From the NCBI GenBank assembly GCA_963804535.1, contig CAWDQT010000011.1:26011-90010 (forward strand): 64,000 bases of DNA. Direction: 5' to 3'. The notes under the pieces were generated by a model. It worked only from the letters and a program-made list of their open reading frames with translations. It was not told the DNA's origin and did no database searches. Source of the stretch: an uncultured Acidobacteriota bacterium. GTDB lineage: Bacteria; Acidobacteriota; Terriglobia; Acidiferrales; UBA7541. A program made the position numbers and the translations under genes. Shown piece by piece: positions 31,137 through 38,651 of this stretch (the stretch's first letter is position 1; each line of letters begins with the position of its first letter).

Positions 31137-31944
31137 CTCTGCGATTTGGCGATTCTTTCAGACGCCCAAGGGTCTTCTCATCATCGTGCTGGTGATTCTG
31201 GTTGCGGTAGCCGCCCCGCACGAGGGGATCGCATTAGTAGCGCCCGGTCTCGCAACTGCGGTTTTGGTCGCTAGTGCGATCGACGTGCTGATTCTCCGAA
31301 AAATTCGAGGCGCCTGGGAATTTCCCAGTGGCGCAGTTCTCACGGGTCTGATTGTTGCAATGATATTGACTCCACAGGAGCCTTGGTACGTCACCGCTTG
31401 CACCTCGGCCATAGCGATTGCGAGTAAGTACGTCGCCCGGACTCGCTCGGCCAACATCTTTAATCCGGCCGCACTGGCTCTGGTTGCTACCTTTTACATT
31501 TTCAATACGGGACAGAGTTGGTGGGGCGCCTTGCCTGAAATTTCACCCTACGCTCTGATCGTGCTTGTGGCGACCGGCGCGTTCATCGCGGATCGCGTCA
31601 ACAAGATTCCCTTGGTTCTCGTTTTCCTGTTTACCTACTTTGGGCTATTTACGCTCACGAGCTTCGCCGGCGATCCGGGAAAGGTCGCCGAAATGTTTCG
31701 CGCGCCCGATCTCCACGCCGTGCTCTTCTTTGCGTTCTTCATCTTGACCGATCCGCCAACTTCGCCCGTGAGGTATCCCGATCAGATTGTGTGCGGAGTG
31801 CTTGTCGCCTTGGCCAGTTACGCGACCTTTGAGTGGGTGGGTGCGGCCCATTATCTTCTTGCGGGCGTTCTCGTCGGCAACATCTGGGAAGCTTGGCACC
31901 GCTCGCAATTTTTGCGCCGGCGCGTGCCGTCGCCGGCCACATAG
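31105..31944 (+). CDS. RnfD/NqrB-like polytopic membrane protein (short, without its own SGAT site)
   Basis: 279 aa with 'SGAVLTGLIVAMILTP', 'NIFNPAALALV' and 'FFILTDPPTSP', which resemble conserved RnfD/NqrB blocks. Confidence 0.65.
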   Translation: MQLEGSVSTTSSAIWRFFQTPKGLLIIVLVILVAVAAPHEGIALVAPGLATAVLVASAIDVLILRKIRGAWEFPSGAVLTGLIVAMILTPQEPWYVTACTSAIAIASKYVARTRSANIFNPAALALVATFYIFNTGQSWWGALPEISPYALIVLVATGAFIADRVNKIPLVLVFLFTYFGLFTLTSFAGDPGKVAEMFRAPDLHAVLFFAFFILTDPPTSPVRYPDQIVCGVLVALASYATFEWVGAAHYLLAGVLVGNIWEAWHRSQFLRRRVPSPAT

Positions 31945-31978
31945 CGGCAAAGCACGAAGCAGGGAAGCAAAGCGTTCC

Positions 31979-32455
31979 CTACGAAAATCCGATCCAGCGC
32001 CCGCCGATTCCTACACCCGCCCACAGCAAGACCGAAACCACTGCCACTACTTTGCTCCAAACGGGGCTCACTCGAGTCTCGTCGGTCATGGTCACTTTGC
32101 GTTGGATTGTAAAAGTGAAGACGATCGCCAGAAACAGACACGACATCTTGAACCAAAAGGCGTCATGGTAATAACACTTGATCGCTTCGGAGAGGAAGAG
32201 CAGGCCACCCGTGATGATCATTAATACGAGGCTGCCGACGAGCCAGGGCTGCGCGTTGCGAGTGAGCTCTGCGGCGGACTGCCGCTTCAATCCAAGACCT
32301 AAGAGACGCATGTCCACAACCAACACCGCTCCCCCGATCACTCCCAGGCCAAGGAGGTGAATTGCCTCGATCACCGGAAATAACCAGGATGACTTTCGGA
32401 TCGTTTCGCCGATTCCCGAAGCTTCGCACCACTGAAAGAAGGCCAGCAGCGACAT
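31979..32455 (-). CDS. 4-TM membrane protein, function unknown (DUF6644/CopD-like?)
   Basis: ATG 32455 overlaps the upstream stop (TAATG). 'WLFPVIEAIHLLGLGVIGGAVLVVDMRLLG' is paralogous to the upstream gene. Confidence 0.7.
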   Translation of the reverse strand: MSLLAFFQWCEASGIGETIRKSSWLFPVIEAIHLLGLGVIGGAVLVVDMRLLGLGLKRQSAAELTRNAQPWLVGSLVLMIITGGLLFLSEAIKCYYHDAFWFKMSCLFLAIVFTFTIQRKVTMTDETRVSPVWSKVVAVVSVLLWAGVGIGGRWIGFS

Positions 32456-33120
32456 TAGTGTTCCGCCTGGGTTGGCACGCAACTGGTGAGGAAATTAACG
32501 ATCGCCGGTTGCGGCTGCCTATCGCAGTCGAACCAGTTATACGCGATCATTCTTCCCGAAAGAACGATGCAGACCCATAGCACCAGCGAAAGCGCGCCGG
32601 CAACTCTGGCTGCCTTGGGCGTTACATTATCCACATCCCACGTTGTCACCCGGCGATAAACGCCCGAATGAAAGATCCACACGTTCAGGCCCGCCAGCAA
32701 CAGCATGATCATTTTGGCGCGGAAGAAAATATTCTGATAGGAGCGCAGCGGTATGGCCGAAAACAGGAGCGTTCCACTGATGACCATGACGACGAATCCA
32801 ACTGCGGTCCAAGGCAGCAGGCGCCGGGCAACTTCGGATACGGGCACGCTCTTCATCGTCCAGCCGAGGAGGCGGAAATCGAACATCACGGCCAAGCCGA
32901 AGAATAGGCACAGCGCCCATACATGGACCGATTCGATCAGGTCGTAAGCATAGCGGGATTCGTGCAGGCCGGTGCTCCACGATGAATCGCCCATCCGTTG
33001 GAAGAAATCGAGAAGGGTCCCTCCGATCCCGCCGCCTCCTTCATTACTTTCGTTGGCAGCCGACTGCAATGATGCTGCGTCGAATGGGCCGCTCGCGAAA
33101 AATTGGCCAGGCGCGCCCAT
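32455..33120 (-). CDS. 4-TM membrane protein, paralogue of 31979..32455, function unknown
   Basis: 'YAYDLIESVHVWALCLFFGLAVMFDFRLLG'. It may extend to ATG 33272 (signal-like 'MKRVLIGLFCILTLALC') if an indel lies near 33120. Confidence 0.65.
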   Translation of the reverse strand: MGAPGQFFASGPFDAASLQSAANESNEGGGGIGGTLLDFFQRMGDSSWSTGLHESRYAYDLIESVHVWALCLFFGLAVMFDFRLLGWTMKSVPVSEVARRLLPWTAVGFVVMVISGTLLFSAIPLRSYQNIFFRAKMIMLLLAGLNVWIFHSGVYRRVTTWDVDNVTPKAARVAGALSLVLWVCIVLSGRMIAYNWFDCDRQPQPAIVNFLTSCVPTQAEH

Positions 33121-33403
33121 TTTTCGGAGCCAGGGTCCGGCGGAATCAAGTGGATGTGAACTGCCGCTTCACTCGACCTCTGTACTCTGTAGGCGGCTTG
33201 AGTAGGCGAGGTCACCAAATAGCAGAGAGCCAACGTCAAAATACAGAAGAGCCCGATCAGAACGCGCTTCATTTGGAAATTCGTTCTTATCCGATTTCAA
33301 GCATTGGGGATCCACTCATGCGCAATCCCGAGCGTAAACAAGGAAAAGGCTGCGCGGATCGGGTACGATCCGCGCGCCAATGCAAACGCGGGCGCCGCGT
33401 CCG

Positions 33404-33856
33404 TTATTTCTTGCTCTCCGGCGACAACTCGTATGGCGCGCCGGTTCCGGACGAGCCGAGGAACAGTTTTCGCCCATCAGGGAACGTAAGATCCCTGCCG
33501 TTGGCTCGGTGCGACCCGTCTTTCGCCTGGTATCCATCGACCACCACTTCGGTGCCGGGCAGCAGGGATTCCTTGGTGAACCCGCGCCGGAAAAGGACGT
33601 TCGGCGTGCCCGCTTCGACGGCCCAGTTCTCAACCGTGCCATCGGGCTTCTTCACGTCGACGTGCATCCAGGTGTGGGGATTTACCCATTCCATTTTCGT
33701 GATGGTCCCCTTGAAACTCACCGGTTTATTCGCGTCGAACTCCGCCGCAAACGCGTGGTGCGCCGAGACTGACGCCGCACCTCCCAGGATTGCGAAACCC
33801 ACGACGGCGACTACCGTTGCAATTTTCGTTCGCATCGACTTCAGCCTCCTCCGCAT
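33404..33856 (-). CDS. small secreted protein, DUF6152-like, copy 4
   Basis: Signal peptide ends 'AASVSA|HHAFAAEFD', with 'WVNPHTW', 'WAVEA' and 'LLPGTEVVVDG'. Confidence 0.8.
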   Translation of the reverse strand: MRRRLKSMRTKIATVVAVVGFAILGGAASVSAHHAFAAEFDANKPVSFKGTITKMEWVNPHTWMHVDVKKPDGTVENWAVEAGTPNVLFRRGFTKESLLPGTEVVVDGYQAKDGSHRANGRDLTFPDGRKLFLGSSGTGAPYELSPESKK

Positions 33857-33924
33857 GTAGAACCAAAATGAACCGGGCCCGCGGCGGCTCGACTATCCCG
33901 AATCAGGATAAGCGGCGTCCGCCC

Positions 33925-34911
33925 CTATTGCTTACCGCCGTACCACTCATAGAACTTATCACCGGACGGCACCTTGCGGGTGATATCGACCGCCATGGTT
34001 TCGCCTTCCCAGTGCTTCACCAACTGCTGCTTGCGAAGACCTCCGTACATGAACTCTTCGACGAATTCATTGCAGCGAAACTCGAGAAGCTGCATGTTCG
34101 GTTCCACGCGGCGATAGAGCGGCATGGCGATCCGCCAGGGCCGCGTAAAAACCTTCGGGTCTTCGATCGTCACTTCGTAACGAATGATATCAGGCGACAT
34201 CAGCGTGAAGCGCTCGGTAAGGTGCAGCGCGTCGCTATGGAAATTGCCGGCGCGGTCAAACCAGCTGCGGTCGTTGAAATTTGTGACGTCGACGACGAGC
34301 GTGTCTCCATCCCAATGTCCGACGGAGTGGCCCATCCAGGTGTCATCGGGCGGCCCTGCGACCTTGTCCAAATGGATCGTGCGCGCCGTATTCGAGAATT
34401 CGTAGGCCATGTGAATCTTGTTCGTGCCTTGCGTGATCTGGAAGGGATAAGGCATGTACATCGCGCGCGGAATGCCCGGCAGGTAACACTTCAGTTCCGG
34501 GTCGCGGTCAATCCAATGTTCCGCGTTGTCTTTCTTCATCAGCAAAGCTTCCGGCTTGTAGGGGATTTGCCCGTCGCCCTGCACCACGCCGAGCGATCCG
34601 GGTACCGCGCCCGCGGCGCCCAGCGCGAGAACCGGAGCTGCGGGCACTCGCGCGTAGTCGTAAGGATAAACGCCCGGCTGCGTGACTGCGGCGGGAAGCG
34701 CCGCATGCGCCTGCAAATCCCAGTTGGCCTCGTTATTGGCTTCCCAGATGCCGCTGAAGTTAGGCTTGCCGCCGACGCGGGCTGGCCGCGCCGCGGGAGC
34801 GGCCGGAGCCTGAGCCGACGTGCGCGTGATGGACACGGAGACGATCGCGCCGACTGCAGCCGCGGCAATGGCGACCGTTATCATCGAACCTGAGAATCGG
34901 CCGCGCATCAT
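33925..34911 (-). CDS. secreted lipocalin-like family protein (short form)
   Basis: 328 aa with 'KPNFSGIWEA', 'LKCYLPGIPR', 'MGHSVGHWDGDTLVVDVTNFNDRSWFDRAGNFHSDALHLTERF' and 'EDPKVFTRPW'. Confidence 0.88.
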   Translation of the reverse strand: MMRGRFSGSMITVAIAAAAVGAIVSVSITRTSAQAPAAPAARPARVGGKPNFSGIWEANNEANWDLQAHAALPAAVTQPGVYPYDYARVPAAPVLALGAAGAVPGSLGVVQGDGQIPYKPEALLMKKDNAEHWIDRDPELKCYLPGIPRAMYMPYPFQITQGTNKIHMAYEFSNTARTIHLDKVAGPPDDTWMGHSVGHWDGDTLVVDVTNFNDRSWFDRAGNFHSDALHLTERFTLMSPDIIRYEVTIEDPKVFTRPWRIAMPLYRRVEPNMQLLEFRCNEFVEEFMYGGLRKQQLVKHWEGETMAVDITRKVPSGDKFYEWYGGKQ

Positions 34912-34935
34912 GTCCTCCTCTTGCTCCTGTCGTCG

Positions 34936-36171
34936 CTACTGCAACGGATCGTCTTCGACGCCCACAAAATCCGTGGCGTTGTCGCTTATTCCCGGGTCGG
35001 GACCTTGTCCCTCCGCAAAGGCGGCCTCTGCCATGCGCTGTCCGCGCATCAAGCCCGGGGAAGCATAGTTTCCTTCGATGCAGCGAGGCTCGTAATAAAT
35101 TCGGTTCTCCTGCTCGCTCTGCCTGGTGAACTCCTGCTTGACGGTCCATGGCCGCGTCCACACGGTCGGATCTTCGATCGTGACCACGTATTCGAGCGTG
35201 TTCGGCCCGGTGCGCGTCCAGCGCTCCACCAGGTGCAGGTTTTCCCGCGAACCCTGGTAATCGGTCTTTGGACTGAAGTTCGTCACGTCGATGACCAGCG
35301 TGTTGCCTTCCCAGTGACCGCGCGAATCGCCATACCACTGGCGGATATTGGCCGGCAAGTGCGGGCTTCCGTTCATAACGATATTTCGCTGCCAGCCTTG
35401 TCCCTGACCGACGTCGTAGAACATCGAGATGCCGCCGGGCGTCTGCACAATGCGGCGGAAGCTGCCGGTCGCGCCTCCGAATTCGGGCAGCCCGCCGGTC
35501 AGGCAGCGGTCCGGCAACGCGCCATCCTCCGGATTATCACGGCGATTCATGCGCGCCGTGTTGTAGCGGGGAGGAGGCTCGGCAAATCGCGGCGAGGGCG
35601 TCGGATCGTATTTCCCGCCGGCACATGCCACCGACTTGTTCTTGCAAGTCTGCGTCGCTTGCAGCAGTGCGAGACGAAATTCCCGCTCGGCGGCGGCCAT
35701 CTTCTGTGCCTCCGGCGTGAGCGGCGGGATTCGGCCGTTGGGCGGATCCACAATCAGCGACGTCCGCGCACCGGTGTGCTTGACGGACATAAACTGCGCG
35801 TTATAGGCGCCGGCGACGTCGAGCTCGGTGCCGCGCTCCACACGCCTGTCCCGGCCGAGCAGCGCCGCTCGTTCTTTGTCCAATTCGGCCCGCTGCGCTT
35901 CGGTGAAAAATTCCTGGTTCGCATACTTGGGAGAGCGCTGCAACGGCGTGTCCGATTCGTCGGTCCAGATGCCTTGCAGATCCGGTTCACCCCACGGCGT
36001 TTTCAGCGCTGGAGCTGTCGCCGACGACTTCGCTGAAGCAGTGTGCGCCGTTGCGGAAGCCGTTTGAGTCTGCGCCGACGTACGCGTGATGGATACGGAA
36101 ATGATCGCGCCGGCCGCAGCCGCGGCAATGGCGAGAGTTATCATGGAGCGTGAAAACCGGTCGCGCATCAT
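34936..36171 (-). CDS. secreted lipocalin-like family protein (long form), tandem copy 2
   Basis: Start ATGATG 36171 after 'aggagg'. 'LKTPWGEPDLQGIW', 'YGDSRGHWEGNTLVIDVTNFSPKTDYQGSRENLHLVERW' and 'EDPTVWTRPW'. It ends 'SDNATDFVGVEDDPLQ'. Confidence 0.88.
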   Translation of the reverse strand: MMRDRFSRSMITLAIAAAAAGAIISVSITRTSAQTQTASATAHTASAKSSATAPALKTPWGEPDLQGIWTDESDTPLQRSPKYANQEFFTEAQRAELDKERAALLGRDRRVERGTELDVAGAYNAQFMSVKHTGARTSLIVDPPNGRIPPLTPEAQKMAAAEREFRLALLQATQTCKNKSVACAGGKYDPTPSPRFAEPPPRYNTARMNRRDNPEDGALPDRCLTGGLPEFGGATGSFRRIVQTPGGISMFYDVGQGQGWQRNIVMNGSPHLPANIRQWYGDSRGHWEGNTLVIDVTNFSPKTDYQGSRENLHLVERWTRTGPNTLEYVVTIEDPTVWTRPWTVKQEFTRQSEQENRIYYEPRCIEGNYASPGLMRGQRMAEAAFAEGQGPDPGISDNATDFVGVEDDPLQ

Positions 36172-36196
36172 CTCCTCCTGAATCTTCCGCGATGCC

Positions 36197-37402
36197 TCAC
36201 TGCAACGGATCGTCTTCAACGCCGACAAAGTCCGTGGCATTGTCACTTAACGCCGGATCAGGACCTTTCCCCTGCGCAAAGGCGCGGTCTGCCATACGCG
36301 CTGACAGCATCAGCGAGGGGAGAGCATAGTTTCCTTCGACGCAGCGCGGCTCGTAATAAATTTTGTTTTCCTGCTCGCTCTGCTTGGTGAACTCTTGCTT
36401 GACGGTCCACGGCCGCGTCCACACGGTCGGATCTTCGACGGTGACCACGTATTCGAGCGTGGTTGGCCCCTTTCGCGTCCAGCGTTCGACCAGATGCAGG
36501 TTCTCGCGCGAGCCCCGAAAGTCCGTTTTCGGGCTGAAGTTCGAAACGTCGATCACGAGCGTATTGCCTTCCCAATGGCCGCGCGAATCGCCAAACCACT
36601 GGCGGATGCTCGGCGGCAAGTGCGGGCTTCCATTCATGACGATGTTTCGCTGCCAGCCTTGCCCCTGGCCGACATCGTAGAACATCGCGATGCCGCCCGG
36701 CGTCTGCACGATTCGGCGGAAGCTCCCACCGTAGGCTGTTCCAAATTCGGGCAACCCGCCGGTCAGGCAACGGTCCGGCAACGCTCCGTCCTCCGGCCCA
36801 TCGTGGCGATTCATGCGTGCCGTGTTGTAGCGAGCGGGAAGCTCGGCGCGGCGCGTCGAAGGCGTGGGATCGTATTTGCCGCCTTCACAGGCCACCGACT
36901 TGTTCTTGCAGGTTTCGGTAGATTGCAGCAAGGCGAGACGTAACGCCCGGTCCGCAGCGGCAATCTTCTGCGCCTCCGGCGTCAGCGGCGGAATCCGGCC
37001 GTTCGGCGGATCGACAATCAGCGACGTGCGCACGCCCGTGCGCTTGATGGACATAAACGCCGCATTATACGCGCCGGCGACGTCGAGCTCTGTGCCGCGC
37101 TCCACGCGCTTATCGCGCCCGAGCAGCGCCGCTCGCTCTTTATCCAATTCGGCCCGTTGCGCCTCGGTGAAAAATTCCTGGTTCGCATACTTGGCGGGAC
37201 GCTGTAAGGGAGTGTCGGATTCGTCCATCCAAATGCCCTGCAGATCCGGTTCGCCCCACGGCGTTTTCAGCGTTGGGGCTGCCGCCGTCGCGGAAGCCGT
37301 CGGACCCTCTTGCGCGACCGTCACCTGCGCCGGTTTCAAAAACACGAGTGCCGACATGATCGCGGCCAGCGCCACGATGGACTTTAAGAGCCGAGTGCGC
37401 AT
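36197..37402 (-). CDS. secreted lipocalin-like family protein (long form), tandem copy 1
   Basis: 401 aa, roughly 85% identical by eye to 34936..36171, with the same C-terminus 'SDNATDFVGVEDDPLQ'. Confidence 0.88.
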   Translation of the reverse strand: MRTRLLKSIVALAAIMSALVFLKPAQVTVAQEGPTASATAAAPTLKTPWGEPDLQGIWMDESDTPLQRPAKYANQEFFTEAQRAELDKERAALLGRDKRVERGTELDVAGAYNAAFMSIKRTGVRTSLIVDPPNGRIPPLTPEAQKIAAADRALRLALLQSTETCKNKSVACEGGKYDPTPSTRRAELPARYNTARMNRHDGPEDGALPDRCLTGGLPEFGTAYGGSFRRIVQTPGGIAMFYDVGQGQGWQRNIVMNGSPHLPPSIRQWFGDSRGHWEGNTLVIDVSNFSPKTDFRGSRENLHLVERWTRKGPTTLEYVVTVEDPTVWTRPWTVKQEFTKQSEQENKIYYEPRCVEGNYALPSLMLSARMADRAFAQGKGPDPALSDNATDFVGVEDDPLQ

Positions 37403-37586
37403 TTGAGACCTCCCGCTAAACCCAAACGGAGGGGTATTCGAAGACCAGTGCGGTTCGAAACCGCCAGATGTGCGCCATTATCTTCAAGGATCGCGTCACT
37501 GTCCAGAAGATTGAGCGCGCGTGGTTGACGCGACGCTCTTACCTCGCTAACTTATGCGCCGATTACCACAGCAGGAGACCCCGAAT

Positions 37587-38561
37587 ATGCGAATCGGATT
37601 TAACCGCCCGACTGCTTTGATTGCCAGCGCCGCGATTGCCGCCGTGTTTTCTTTGGCTGCCATCCGAATGACCGGCCAGGCGGCCCGCACGACTCAGGCG
37701 ACTCGGCCAGCGCAGGCGACGCGCGCGGCGCGGACTCCTGACGGCCATCCCAACTTGAACGGCATCTGGCAGGCGACTACGACGGCGAATTGGGACCTGC
37801 TGGCTCATACGATGCGTCCGGCCGTCGCGCAGCCCGGTGTATATCCCGATGTGCCCGTGCTGGCCGCTCCAGTTCTGGCGCTCGGCGCGGACGGCGGCGT
37901 TCCGCCCGGCCCCGGCGTCGTGGAAGGCAACGAGATCCCGTACAAGCCCGAAGCCGCGGCGAAAAAGAAAGACAACGCCGAACACTGGCTGGATCGCGAT
38001 CCTGAAGTCCGCTGCTATACGCCCGGAATTCCCCGGGCCATGTACATGCCCTATCCGTTCCGGATCACGCAGGGCACGAACAAAATCGAAATGTCATTCG
38101 AGTTTGCAGGCGCCAGCCGCACCATTCACCTCGATCCTGTTGATCCGCCGCCCGCCGATACCTGGATGGGCCATTCGGTTGGCCACTGGGAAGGCAACAC
38201 GCTGGTCGTCGATGTGAGCCACTTCAACGATCGCACCTGGTTTTCGCGCTCCGGCGATTTCCATAGCGACGCGCTGCACGTCGTCGAGCGCTTTACGCCA
38301 ATTACCCCCGACGCGCTGCGCTACGAGGTCACGATTGAGGATCCGAACGTCTTTACCCGCCCGTGGAAGATGAGCATGGTCCTCTACCGTCAGCTCGAAG
38401 CCAACGCGCAGTTGATGGAATACAAATGCGTTGAGCTGGCGGAGGAAACCTTCCTGGGTCATCTGCGCAAGAAGCAACTCGTGAAGCACTGGGAGGGCGA
38501 CACCATCGTGATCGACGTCACCCGCAAAATCCCGCCGGGCGACAAACTTTACGAACGTTGA
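37587..38561 (+). CDS. secreted lipocalin-like family protein (short form), close paralogue of 33925..34911
   Basis: RBS 'aggaga' before ATG 37587. 'HPNLNGIWQA', 'MGHSVGHWEGNTLVVDVSHFNDRTWFSRSGDFHSDALHVVERF' and 'EDPNVFTRPW'. Confidence 0.88.
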   Translation: MRIGFNRPTALIASAAIAAVFSLAAIRMTGQAARTTQATRPAQATRAARTPDGHPNLNGIWQATTTANWDLLAHTMRPAVAQPGVYPDVPVLAAPVLALGADGGVPPGPGVVEGNEIPYKPEAAAKKKDNAEHWLDRDPEVRCYTPGIPRAMYMPYPFRITQGTNKIEMSFEFAGASRTIHLDPVDPPPADTWMGHSVGHWEGNTLVVDVSHFNDRTWFSRSGDFHSDALHVVERFTPITPDALRYEVTIEDPNVFTRPWKMSMVLYRQLEANAQLMEYKCVELAEETFLGHLRKKQLVKHWEGDTIVIDVTRKIPPGDKLYER

Positions 38562-38651
38562 GAATCGGGAATTTAACACAGAGCGCACAGAGGAACTGAG
38601 TTCACCGAGAAAACGCGGATCAGGGACGCAGGGCAATGGCAAAAAAATGAG

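Noticed and set aside
32937-33272. 111-aa ORF with a signal-like N-terminus overlapping the 5' end of membrane gene 32455-33120.
   Set aside because: I cannot decide between a real small gene, an N-terminal extension lost through an indel, or chance. It is mentioned under the membrane gene but not listed as a feature.
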